A DNA stretch of 38,983 nt, taken from assembly GCA_043822785.1 (NCBI GenBank), contig JBDRBN010000044.1, forward strand, positions 1 to 38,983. The letters run 5' to 3'. Each line of letters starts with the position of its first letter. Positions within the stretch are counted from its first letter, which is position 1. The position numbers and the translations under genes are program-made. This document shows, piece by piece, positions 1-8,107 of the stretch. Under the pieces are notes generated by a model, which did not search any database, was not told the DNA's origin, and saw nothing but the letters and a program-made list of their open reading frames with translations. Source of the stretch: Pseudomonadota bacterium. Its GTDB lineage: Bacteria; UBA10199; 2-02-FULL-44-16; JAAZCA01.

Positions 1-3
1 CAT
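1..3 (-). CDS. Probable start codon of a gene running off the left edge
   Basis: CAT at 1-3; on the minus strand AAGGAG (11-16) lies 7 nt upstream of the ATG. Product not visible. Confidence 0.4.
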
Positions 4-72
4 AACCTTGCTCCTTTCGGAAAAAAACTATAGCATATCATTAATATATTGAAGCATTGCTTTCCACTGCCC

Positions 73-155
73 TCTCATATTTTTTTGTCAAAGAACTTTG
101 AACCCTCCCCTATTGCGACACAGTCTCTGTAAGGGGAGGGTAAGGGTGGGGTAGA
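73..155. repeat. Composite family-B repeat; inverted copy of 38816-38909
   Basis: 73-96 TCTCATATTTTTTTGTCAAAGAAC is the exact reverse complement of 38886-38909; 103-155 matches the reverse complement of 38816-38870 with few differences. Confidence 0.9.
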
Positions 156-162
156 CAGGAAA

Positions 163-828
163 ATGGTTAGAAAGGTGAACTCATTTGAGAAACGTATTCG
201 CGAAACACTTAGAATCCTAAAGAAACTTTATCCTAAAAATTTGCGGCCGTGGGCAAGGCGGAGCAAACCATTCTTCACATTGATCGGTACCATCTTGTCT
301 GCACAAACCACCGATGCACAGGTGGATCAAGTCACTCCCAAGCTGTTTAGGCAATATCCTACGCCAACAAAGCTTGCTTCTGCCCGCGTATCTGATGTGG
401 AGAAGATCATAAAACCTGTGGGCCTTCATAAGGCAAAATCAAAAAGCATCATCGCAATAGCTCGTATGTTAAGGGACGAGTTTGATAGCAAAGTGCCGGC
501 AGTGCGTCCAGAGTTGATGCGGTTGCCAGGAGTAGGAAGAAAGACTGCGAACGTGGTCTTGATAAAATCCTTTGGCACAAATGCCATGCCTGTGGACACG
601 CATGTATTTCGTGTGGCAAATCGCATAGGCTTGGCAAAGGGCAAGACGCCAAAGGATGTGGAAGCCGGGCTCGAGAGAATAATTCCTGAGCGCGTTCTTG
701 GCGCTGCGCACTTTTGGCTCATCCATCATGGCCGCACTTTGTGCACTGCCCGCTCACCAAAGTGCAATGAGTGCCCTTTGGCGCGGTTGTGTGAGTATGC
801 GCTTATGTCATTGCGAGTCACGAAGTGA
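163..828 (+). CDS. nth: Endonuclease III (HhH-GPD DNA glycosylase/AP lyase, 4Fe-4S)
   Basis: LSAQTTD, LPGVGRKTANVV helix-hairpin-helix, VDTHVFRV, C-terminal CX6CX2CX5C cluster motif. Confidence 0.93.
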   Translation: MVRKVNSFEKRIRETLRILKKLYPKNLRPWARRSKPFFTLIGTILSAQTTDAQVDQVTPKLFRQYPTPTKLASARVSDVEKIIKPVGLHKAKSKSIIAIARMLRDEFDSKVPAVRPELMRLPGVGRKTANVVLIKSFGTNAMPVDTHVFRVANRIGLAKGKTPKDVEAGLERIIPERVLGAAHFWLIHHGRTLCTARSPKCNECPLARLCEYALMSLRVTK

Positions 829-892
829 CGAAGCAATCCCCTTAGCATGGTTGTGTTTTCAGGAGATTGCTTCGCTCTCGCTCGCAATGACA
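806..892. repeat. Family-A palindromic doublet (TGTCATTGCGAG...GAAGCAATC / GATTGCTTC...CTCGCAATGACA)
   Basis: Inverted arms read directly; overlaps the nth stop and lies between convergent genes. Confidence 0.9.
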
Positions 893-894
893 CT

Positions 895-1482
895 CTAGTA
901 TCTCCTTATAACCGCCTTTACTATCCCTCCTATGGTGAGTTCATTTTTAGGTCGTATTACAGGATACTTGGAGTTGGCTGGCACCAGCTCCAGCGCGCCT
1001 TTGCTTTTGCGATAATATTTGAGCGTCCATTCGCTATCTACGCAGGCCAGCACGATATCACCTGATTTAGGGGTTAAGCCCCTTTCGATTATTACAAGAT
1101 CGCCCTCGTGGATGCCTGCATCTATCATGGAATCGCCGGATACCTTGAGAAGAAACGATGCTTCGGGCTTGTCGATCAGGAATTCATCAAGCGATAGGGT
1201 GTCGATGAGCTCTTCTTCTGCAGGTGAGGGAAAACCTGCCTGCACATAGCCCATAAGTGGGATGCCCAGCCTATCGCCTTTGGGGGATAGCCTGCCTGCT
1301 GTATCTTTTTCAATATATCCTTCGTCGATGAGCTTTTTTGCCAGGCGAAAGGCCGCGTTTTTGGAGCCATATCCAAATATGCGACACATCTCGGTGTATG
1401 TGGGCATGCGCCTATTGCTTCGCCAAAACCGGCGAAGTGCATCTATCTTATCGCCCTCTATGGGTTTAGTGAAGTTAGCCAT
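895..1482 (-). CDS. lexA: LexA-family repressor (N-terminal wHTH + S24 autopeptidase)
   Basis: MPTYTEMCRIFG wHTH-like segment, VQAGFPSP Ala-Gly cleavage site, VSGDSM catalytic Ser, TLK catalytic Lys. Confidence 0.8.
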   Translation of the reverse strand: MANFTKPIEGDKIDALRRFWRSNRRMPTYTEMCRIFGYGSKNAAFRLAKKLIDEGYIEKDTAGRLSPKGDRLGIPLMGYVQAGFPSPAEEELIDTLSLDEFLIDKPEASFLLKVSGDSMIDAGIHEGDLVIIERGLTPKSGDIVLACVDSEWTLKYYRKSKGALELVPANSKYPVIRPKNELTIGGIVKAVIRRY

Positions 1483-1490
1483 TTTTCTTA

Positions 1491-1607
1491 GGCATCCCCG
1501 GCCCCGCGGGAGGGGAGTAAACGCGAGGCCAGGGCAGCCTTTTTTCCGGCCGTCTTACGTATAGGCCTTTTGACCATACTCTCTGCAAAAGGCCTTATCG
1601 CAGGACG
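1491..1607 (-). other. Structured 5' leader of lexA (two long hairpins)
   Basis: Stem 1496-1508/1522-1534 pairs 13/13 on the minus strand using two G-U pairs; second stem AGGCCTTTTG/CAAAAGGCCT (1563-1572/1586-1595) with outer extension to 1551-1607. Confidence 0.5.
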
Positions 1608-1640
1608 AGGGCTTATTTTGAGTGTTTAACCTATGATGGC

Positions 1641-1670
1641 AGGGTAAGTGAACGCCCGTTCACTTGTCAA
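1641..1670 (-). promoter_or_regulatory. sigma70 promoter of lexA with overlapping SOS-box-like operator
   Basis: Minus strand TTGACA (1670-1665), 18 nt, TACCCT (1646-1641); palindrome AAGTGAAC-GCCC-GTTCACTT (1646-1665) fills the spacer and contains GAAC-N4-GTTC. Confidence 0.75.
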
Positions 1671-1680
1671 GTGCCTACTT

Positions 1681-1756
1681 GAAAAAAGGTGTCCGACACC
1701 TTATTGGACTGCAACTATCTGTTTTATAAAACAAAAAAGGTGTCCGACACCTTTTG
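1681..1756. repeat. Family-C palindrome doublet (AAAAGGTGTCCGACACCTT x2)
   Basis: Two GGTGTC-C-GACACC hairpins about 50 bp apart; related doublet at 4240-4315. Confidence 0.85.
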
Positions 1757-1768
1757 TCAATAACTGCA

Positions 1769-1794
1769 CAACCTTTGCCCATTTTTGCCGATAA
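1769..1794 (+). promoter_or_regulatory. sigma28/FliA-like promoter
   Basis: CAAC-N14-GCCGATAA; GCCGATAA is the canonical sigma28 -10 element. Confidence 0.55.
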
Positions 1795-1921
1795 TAAACA
1801 TAGTAGGGTTTCAATTCTCTAAGTGCCTTACACCAGGGGGGGTGCGAGGCAAACATGTTTAAAATCACTCTATATTTCTAATGATAACGTTGCGTTCTGT
1901 GAGGGGAGAAAACAGGGCAAA

Positions 1922-3622
1922 ATGGCGGACCAAATAGTACAAAAAATAATCTCAGCATACGTCGATATCGAGGGGCTCACGAGCGATGAATGTAAATCGC
2001 TTAGTCTAAACGAGAAGCAGGCCGATGCCCTTTCCGAAGCGTTTGCTGATGGATTTATAAGTGAGGATGAGAGGGGTAAGCTCACTTCTGTCGGATTTTC
2101 CTCCCAATTAATAACCGATCTGAACAGCAGTAATGCTCTACAACAAAGGGTAAAGTGGCTGGCCGAAATAGGACTTAAGGATCGGGATCCGGATGGGGGT
2201 GTTCACTTTAATGCAGCCGATGCACTTGTCGAGATCGGTTCTGGGGCTGTTCCCGCCCTTATCGCAGCGCTTAAGGATTCGAATCAGGAGGTTCGCAGTT
2301 GCGCAGCCTGGGCCCTTGGCAAGATCGGCCCTGCTGCAAAGGATGCTGTTCCCGCCCTTATCGCAGCGCTTAAGGATCAAGATTGGGAAGTTCGTTATAG
2401 TTCAGCAAAGGCCCTTCGCAAGATTGGCCCTAAAGCAACAGAGTATGGTGACTTGTTCAACGCAGCATTCAAGAATGCTGATATCGATGCTGCTGAAAAA
2501 TCTATCGGTTCCCGGGGAGCTTTCCTCTTATGGCAGAAGTTTGGCATCGAGCGATTCAATCGGTATCATCCATCTATTCTTAAACACCTGGTCAAGATGG
2601 CATCTGATGTAAACCATGATAGGCACAAACCTTTAGTCCTTGCCTTAGTTGCGTCTTACGATGACTCTGATGTGTTCTATTGGGGCAGGCGTTTTAAATA
2701 CGATCCCAGGATTCGCCTGGTGGTGATCGAAGCCAACAACAGGATAGATTTTAAGGATCTCGCTTGGCAAATGCGCAATACCTACGGCATTCCTGATGTG
2801 GTGTTAATGACAGCTCATGGCTTATGGGACCGAATAAGAATCGGTAACATAGACCGTCCAATTAGATGGCTCAAGAATGGAGATCTTGCTGAGGATTTCA
2901 AGGGGTTCTTTGGCGACAAAAAAGGGCAGGTTGTAATCAACGCCTGCGATGCAGGAGCGCCGCCGCCAAAAGGCAAGAAGAACTTTGCGCAGATGGCAGC
3001 CAATGGCTTTGACGCAGAGACCATCGCTGCCAGGGCAGTCGAAGGACTCTTGGATTTACGCGTAGAGATCACTGACAAGGGTCAAGCTCGCCTGGTGCCC
3101 ACCTACTTTGAGGTGGGTGCTGATTTTTTCGGCATCAATCACGGCGGCATGAAATTTTATCCACATCAGGAGCCCGTGCATGAGCGCGTAGCTGATGTGA
3201 ACAACAGCTGGCAACCCGGTATTGCATTAAACATTGCAGACAAGGAATGGCACGTCGGCACAAGCTTTGGTTATACCCATCAGCTCTTTAACAGATTGCG
3301 CTTTCGCTATGATCTCTTAACCGATGTGGGTATGAACGATCATATCGGTTCGCGCATCCTCTTTAGCCCCGAAATAGCTGTTGGTCTATCAAACCACATG
3401 ATGTTTGCCACAGGTCTAATGGGAGGCGTTGAATTTGATTTGGATGATAGCGAGCAGGTTTTAATACAACCTGTTATTCAGCAGTACTCTGCGTTCAAGC
3501 TGGTGTTGCCTGCAGCAAATACAGAATTCGATTTTGGCTATGTCAACACGGTCGATTTTGAGAATGGCATTCGCCCTTCATTCTTCTCCAGGCTTCAGGG
3601 AAGATTTGATATTTTGGAGTAG
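1922..3622 (+). CDS. HEAT/PBS-lyase repeat protein with putative caspase-like (clan CD/DUF4347-like) domain and beta-rich C-terminus
   Basis: AVPALIAALKD..EVR repeats (33-bp DNA duplication 2246-2278/2345-2377); VVLMTAHG and VVINAC motifs; ATG 1922 after a purine-rich leader preferred over GTG 1823. Confidence 0.7.
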   Translation: MADQIVQKIISAYVDIEGLTSDECKSLSLNEKQADALSEAFADGFISEDERGKLTSVGFSSQLITDLNSSNALQQRVKWLAEIGLKDRDPDGGVHFNAADALVEIGSGAVPALIAALKDSNQEVRSCAAWALGKIGPAAKDAVPALIAALKDQDWEVRYSSAKALRKIGPKATEYGDLFNAAFKNADIDAAEKSIGSRGAFLLWQKFGIERFNRYHPSILKHLVKMASDVNHDRHKPLVLALVASYDDSDVFYWGRRFKYDPRIRLVVIEANNRIDFKDLAWQMRNTYGIPDVVLMTAHGLWDRIRIGNIDRPIRWLKNGDLAEDFKGFFGDKKGQVVINACDAGAPPPKGKKNFAQMAANGFDAETIAARAVEGLLDLRVEITDKGQARLVPTYFEVGADFFGINHGGMKFYPHQEPVHERVADVNNSWQPGIALNIADKEWHVGTSFGYTHQLFNRLRFRYDLLTDVGMNDHIGSRILFSPEIAVGLSNHMMFATGLMGGVEFDLDDSEQVLIQPVIQQYSAFKLVLPAANTEFDFGYVNTVDFENGIRPSFFSRLQGRFDILE

Positions 3623-3636
3623 CTATCACGCTAGTC

Positions 3637-3836
3637 CTAGAGTAATCCTTTTTTTGGAACCAATACTTTGTCTTTAAACCTCATTTCCCAGTCAAAGCGT
3701 TGCATGACATCTGTGTAGTGCCACCTGATCCTGTATCGAAAATACAGTTATGCACGATTAATTCCTTGCCGTTATGAAAAAGAGTGGCGGAAATGTAAAG
3801 CAGGCCAAATTTTAAATGAAATGGTATTTCATGCAT
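3637..3836 (-). pseudogene. Retropepsin-like aspartyl protease pseudogene (internal deletion/frameshift)
   Basis: Not in the ORF track. ATG 3836 gives MHEIPFHLKFGLLYISATLFHNGKELIVHNCIFDTGSGGTT then stop at 3681; another frame gives TDVMQRFDWEMRFKDKVLVPKKGLL* ending at 3637. Confidence 0.7.
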
Positions 3837-4101
3837 GATGATTGGGGCGAATGCCCATAAAGGAAACCTCTTCCAATTCTAGTTTGTCCGAATGAGTATG
3901 CCCAAAAGTCATATGAGGCGCCTGGCCTCTTTTGCAATATTCGTCATAAATCATTTTACCGTCTTTAGTAGCAAAAATAACTTTTCCTTTGGTGATGAGG
4001 ATTTTGTTGTCGGATTCCCTCTCCTCCTCACAATCATCCAAAAGAACAAAGGACTCCGGATATTTATCGCGTATTTCTTCCCAGGTCATTTTTTGTCCCA
4101 T
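3829..4101 (-). CDS. Small protein resembling the DUF5678-like partners of retropepsin genes
   Basis: MTWEEIRDKYPESFVLL...GKVIFATKD pattern; GGAGG RBS; stop overlaps the start of the DTG-protease remnant. Confidence 0.6.
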   Translation of the reverse strand: MGQKMTWEEIRDKYPESFVLLDDCEEERESDNKILITKGKVIFATKDGKMIYDEYCKRGQAPHMTFGHTHSDKLELEEVSFMGIRPNHHA

Positions 4102-4239
4102 AGACCCTCCACAAATCTATTTATACGCCCCACGTCATTCACTTATCAAGAAATTATTACCCACTTCAGCATGCCTAACAAATTCTTGGAGGTGGTTTTC
4201 CCATATTTTTGGAAATTAATCAGGACATAATCAAGAAAC

Positions 4240-4315
4240 GAAAAAAGGTGTCGGACACCTTTTTCAGTCGTAACATATTGTTTTATATAGTTAAAAAAGT
4301 GTCCGACACCTTTTC
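4240..4315. repeat. Family-C palindrome doublet
   Basis: GAAAAAAGGTGTCGGACACCTTTTTC ... AAAAAAGTGTCCGACACCTTTTC; overlaps the stop of 4291-5019. Confidence 0.85.
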
Positions 4316-5019
4316 AGTGTTAAGCTCATTATACACAGCAAGATCGCAGTGCTTACTAGGCCCAAAAGCCGCATACCGATCCAGAAGGTTACTGCGATAT
4401 TGAAGAGTGCAATCGATGCATAAAAGGCAGGGTAGAGAAGATCAGTGCGTTTATCAAAATCCCTTTTGAAAAAGGAGGGGAAGGCGTGCCAGGCCACTGC
4501 ATTAAAACCTATCACCGCTAATGCCACCAAAAACCATCCGCCAAAGTTTGTAAGAGGCACGCCAAAATACCAGCCAGGATAAGCGTAGTAATGTATCTTT
4601 CCTAAGAACCACAGCTCTCCCATGGTGGCTACGGGATCGATTATCACGTCTAAAAACATGGTCAAAAGTGCACCTAATAGCACTGCTAAGAACATAGAGT
4701 TTTTCTGCCATCTTCTCAGGATAAATACCGCCATGGAAAATCCTGCAAAGATGAGAAAGGGGTATGAGAGCGAATCAAAAAAAGGTACGCCTGCAATCAT
4801 GAGCTCGCCTGGCATATTTTCATATACATAATGATACTCGCCATAAGGAAACCCATTGTGTATGGATGAAAACTCAGAAAGCCATGCTATGGCATAACCA
4901 GAGATGAGCCATAAAATGGTTTTGCGGATTCCAAAAAAACGCCAGGCTAGCACCAAATACGCTGCGAGGAAGATGAAGACGTAGGGTCTGTTGATTATTG
5001 ATGTGAGTAGTTGGTTCAT
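4291..5019 (-). CDS. Carotenoid-biosynthesis membrane protein (CruF/DUF422-like)
   Basis: Multi-TM protein with SE...GFPYGEYHY, GVPFF, LDVIIDPVA and FGVPLTNFGGWF motifs. Confidence 0.75.
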   Translation of the reverse strand: MNQLLTSIINRPYVFIFLAAYLVLAWRFFGIRKTILWLISGYAIAWLSEFSSIHNGFPYGEYHYVYENMPGELMIAGVPFFDSLSYPFLIFAGFSMAVFILRRWQKNSMFLAVLLGALLTMFLDVIIDPVATMGELWFLGKIHYYAYPGWYFGVPLTNFGGWFLVALAVIGFNAVAWHAFPSFFKRDFDKRTDLLYPAFYASIALFNIAVTFWIGMRLLGLVSTAILLCIMSLTLKRCRTLF

Positions 5020-5029
5020 AATTCCGGCT

Positions 5030-5104
5030 TGTCATTGCGAGCGTAGCGAAGCAATCCCATCTTAATCAGGAGATTGCTTCGTCACTTCGCTCCTCGCAAT
5101 GACA
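5030..5104. repeat. Family-A palindromic doublet
   Basis: TGTCATTGCGAG...GAAGCAATC / GAGATTGCTTCG...CTCGCAATGACA; encodes the C-terminus of 5062-6093. Confidence 0.9.
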
Positions 5105-6093
5105 TTTTCATTCAAGTGCCACTCCACCGCATCCTTTACAGTCTCATACAATGGGCGAAAGCTCACGCCCAGCTCTTGCGCAACCTTGGACGTATCAAAA
5201 AACCACGGATGGTGAATGGTTCGTATTCCACTAACGGTTATGCCTGGATGTTTTCTTGTGACCATTGATGTGAGCTCTCGCATTATCGCAGCAGCAAGCG
5301 CTATACGATAACTCACTTTTCGTGTAGGAGCTGGTATGCCAGAGACTCGTGAGAGCTCTTCAAACAGCTCTCTGAGAAAAATATTATGAGCGCCTACGAT
5401 GTATGTCTTGCCTATTCCATTTCCTGAAAGAGCCTCTATGTGTGCTAAGGCAACGTCCCTTGAATCCACCACGTTTATGCCGGCATCGTAGTATGCTGGA
5501 ATGCTTTGGGATAAAAATGCTCGTATAAGCCTGCCAGGCGGCGTGCCGTGTATATCGCCCGGGCCTATCACTGCTGTAGGTCTGAGAATCGTTGCTGGTA
5601 ATCCCTTTTTGATAAATTCTCTTACCACATCCTCTGCTATGAATTTGCTGCGTTCATAATGGCCGTTCACCTTGCGCAAACTAAGTGCGTTCTCTTCATC
5701 AGCTAATATTCCGGCCTGCGCGCGGCCCATAACCTCGCAACTGCTCGTGAATATGAATTTGGTAACACCTGCTTCCATGGCAGCTTCGCATACGTTGCGA
5801 GTGCCTTGCACATTTATAGAATAGAAGTCGTCTGATGGCTTGTGCCATAGACTATTTAAAGCTGCGGTGTGGATTACTGCTTCGCAATCTCTAATCAGCT
5901 GCCCCATGAGCCTGCGATCGCGTATGTCGCCGCGTAGGATGGATATGCACTGAAAGTCTCTGATGTTGTTTGGTTTTTCATATTTGGCCAATAGCGCCAC
6001 CACTTTTATGTTTTTGCGAGAAAGGTCACGGCAGATGGCAGAGCCGATGAGGCCGCCGGCGCCAGTTACCAAAACGGATGAAGGAATAGGCAT
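5062..6093 (-). CDS. NAD-dependent epimerase/dehydratase, HpnA/dihydroflavonol-reductase-like
   Basis: VTGAGGLIG Rossmann motif, YERSK catalytic motif, RPTAVIGPGD, NVVDSRDVA. Confidence 0.85.
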   Translation of the reverse strand: MPIPSSVLVTGAGGLIGSAICRDLSRKNIKVVALLAKYEKPNNIRDFQCISILRGDIRDRRLMGQLIRDCEAVIHTAALNSLWHKPSDDFYSINVQGTRNVCEAAMEAGVTKFIFTSSCEVMGRAQAGILADEENALSLRKVNGHYERSKFIAEDVVREFIKKGLPATILRPTAVIGPGDIHGTPPGRLIRAFLSQSIPAYYDAGINVVDSRDVALAHIEALSGNGIGKTYIVGAHNIFLRELFEELSRVSGIPAPTRKVSYRIALAAAIMRELTSMVTRKHPGITVSGIRTIHHPWFFDTSKVAQELGVSFRPLYETVKDAVEWHLNENVIARSEVTKQSPD

Positions 6094-6125
6094 AGTTATG
6101 CTTATATAACAGACAGGGTCCTAAG

Positions 6126-6223
6126 TGTCCACCTGGAGGGCCAATCGAAGGACAGCGCCCTGAGCCTGCCGAAGGGGCTTGCCCTGAGGGAGCCCTTAGC
6201 TTGGCTAAGGGCGAATCGAAGGG
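6126..6223. repeat. Cluster of family-F hairpins (CCCTGAG...CGAAGGG)
   Basis: Three consecutive units ending in CGAAGG; the last carries an internal GCCCTTAGC/GCTAAGGGC hairpin. Confidence 0.65.
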
Positions 6224-6253
6224 TTGACAGTAAGGCACGCACTCCGATATCCT
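6224..6253 (+). promoter_or_regulatory. Putative sigma70 promoter
   Basis: TTGACA-N18-TATCCT, 28 nt upstream of ATG 6282. Confidence 0.5.
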
Positions 6254-6281
6254 CTGCAAAACTAAAAAAACGGGGGAAACA

Positions 6282-6725
6282 ATGTGGCGACTAATAAAAT
6301 GGCTCTTTTTTATGGCTATTATCGGCGCAATAATTTTGGCAATTACAGGCAAGAAGATCGGCGGTAAGACCATTGAGGAGCACCTTGAACCAATTCTTGG
6401 AAACAAAGTTGTAAAAGAGGGCATACGCGACGTGCGCTCTCTTGTGGGCGAAGGGCTTAAAGCAGCAGGCGAGGCTATCTCCGAAGATGTTACTGATGAT
6501 GAGCGCAAACAGCTCGACGACATGGTGAAAAAGGAGTTGGAAGGTGGAAAACCCATTGAGATGGTGCCGGGTCAAAGCGCTTTGCCTCCTAAGATGAATT
6601 CGAGCGAAGAGCATGAAAAAATACAAACTGGGCGTCCTTCATTTAAGGAAATGGAGGCCCTGCCCCAAACCAAAACAAAGGATACTGAGAAAACAGGTAT
6701 TCAAGAACAAGGAGTAGGCAGATGA
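6282..6725 (+). CDS. Hypothetical membrane-anchored protein
   Basis: N-terminal hydrophobic helix, GGGG RBS, ATGA overlap with the next gene. Confidence 0.7.
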   Translation: MWRLIKWLFFMAIIGAIILAITGKKIGGKTIEEHLEPILGNKVVKEGIRDVRSLVGEGLKAAGEAISEDVTDDERKQLDDMVKKELEGGKPIEMVPGQSALPPKMNSSEEHEKIQTGRPSFKEMEALPQTKTKDTEKTGIQEQGVGR

Positions 6726-7051
6726 CAACGAGTGCAGAAGGCGTAAAATCGTGTAAGCAAGAAGGGTGCAAGAGGCCATATAAGGCAAAGGGATTTTGTA
6801 ACGTGCATTATAAGAAATGGCGTCGCGGTGAATTAGACAAGCCAGGTCGTTATCGCACATGTGCAGAAGAGAGTTGCCATAAGCCCACCCACAAAAAGGG
6901 ATATTGCGAGCAGCATTATTCTGCTTGGTCGGCATCCAAAAAGCCGCAAGAGGCGGCCGAAGCAAAACCCGCTGCGGCAGCACCTGCTGCAGAGGCACCT
7001 AAAGAAGAACCCAAGGCCGAAGAAAAGCCGGCTGAGGAGAAGAAGGAATAG
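6722..7051 (+). CDS. Small protein with two CX4C...CX2HY Zn-finger-like motifs (VegA-like) and Ala/Glu/Lys tail
   Basis: CKQEGCKRPYKAKGFCNVHY and CAEESCHKPTHKKGYCEQHY; AGGAG RBS. Confidence 0.75.
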   Translation: MTTSAEGVKSCKQEGCKRPYKAKGFCNVHYKKWRRGELDKPGRYRTCAEESCHKPTHKKGYCEQHYSAWSASKKPQEAAEAKPAAAAPAAEAPKEEPKAEEKPAEEKKE

Positions 7052-7141
7052 TGATTTTTTAAACTATGAATTCTTGCCCGCTTCAGACAGAGCAATGAGG
7101 CGGGCAGTTTTATATATTGGCGAGAAACGTCAGCCTATTAG

Positions 7142-7224
7142 TGTCATTGCGAGGAGCGTATGCGACGAAGCAATCCCCTAAAGACATATTTGTAGGAGAT
7201 TGCTTCGCTTCGCTCGCAATGACA
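7142..7224. repeat. Family-A palindromic doublet
   Basis: Same inverted arms; intergenic. Confidence 0.9.
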
Positions 7225-7239
7225 TTCCTTTCTTGGTGA

Positions 7240-7902
7240 ATGAATTTTATGAGTGCTACAAAGAAAACCTTAATGGAAGGTTTCAATCGCTTATTCGATT
7301 ACTTTGGCCCTCTTGAGTGGTGGCCTGGTGATACGCCGTTTGAGATCATGGTGGGCGCTATCCTTACGCAGAACGCAAATTGGAGAAATGCGGAACTCGC
7401 GGTAAGAAATCTGAAACAAGCAGGTGTGCTGAGTCCAAAGGACATGCTCGCACTTCATCCTTTGCGTCTTCAAAACTTGATCAGGCCCGCCGGCTTTTTT
7501 AGGGTAAAGGCAAAAAGGCTCATTGCCTTTCTCAAATATTTTGTGGGTGAATACGGCGGCAGCGCTGCTAGGATGGCCAAAGAGGATTTAGAAAAGCTCA
7601 GGCCGGAGCTTAAGGCTATCAATGGAATAGGATCGGAAACTGCTGATTCCATGCTCTTGTATGCGCTCAATAAACCCATTTTTGTGATCGATGCATATAC
7701 AAAGAGGATTCTCTCCCGTCATGCGCTCTGCACTGAAGAGGATGGGTATGATGAACTGCAAGAGCTTTTCATGGACAGGCTGCCTCATGATGTAGTGCTG
7801 TTTAACGAGTATCATGCCTTGATCGTAGAGGTAGGAAAAACTCATTGCCGCCCGACAAATCCCAAATGTGACGGCTGCCCGCTAAATGGGTGGAATTTGT
7901 GA
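7240..7902 (+). CDS. Endonuclease III-related HhH-GPD glycosylase
   Basis: WWPGDTPFEIMVGAILTQN, GIGSETADSMLLYA, FVIDAYTKR, C-terminal Cys cluster. Confidence 0.88.
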   Translation: MNFMSATKKTLMEGFNRLFDYFGPLEWWPGDTPFEIMVGAILTQNANWRNAELAVRNLKQAGVLSPKDMLALHPLRLQNLIRPAGFFRVKAKRLIAFLKYFVGEYGGSAARMAKEDLEKLRPELKAINGIGSETADSMLLYALNKPIFVIDAYTKRILSRHALCTEEDGYDELQELFMDRLPHDVVLFNEYHALIVEVGKTHCRPTNPKCDGCPLNGWNL

Positions 7903-7940
7903 TAAAAACTGCCCCAGCGCGAAATGCTCTGGGGCAAATT
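7902..7940 (-). terminator. Terminator-like hairpin; diverged direct repeat of 10128-10169
   Basis: ATAAAAACTGCCCCAG...CTGGGGCAAATT; T-run follows the stem on the minus strand. Confidence 0.6.
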
Positions 7941-8012
7941 ACCATTCTGATAGTTTTTTAAGAGATAATCGCTTATTTTACCTCTAAAACTTCTATAAAT
8001 AGCACTTTATAT

Positions 8013-8028
8013 TGGAACAATAATTGCA
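8013..8028 (+). promoter_or_regulatory. sigma54 -24/-12 promoter
   Basis: TGGAAC-AATAA-TTGCA with GG-N10-GC spacing. Confidence 0.65.
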
Positions 8029-8107
8029 CTTAATGTAATATGCTGGGGCAATTAAAGCGTTTATATAAACCATAAACTAGCAGGATTGAACCAAAGAGGT
8101 GACTAAG

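Noticed and set aside
163..7902. nth, lexA and second glycosylase as a dedicated SOS repair island
   Set aside because: Genes are separated by unrelated loci and no GAAC-N4-GTTC box was seen before either glycosylase.
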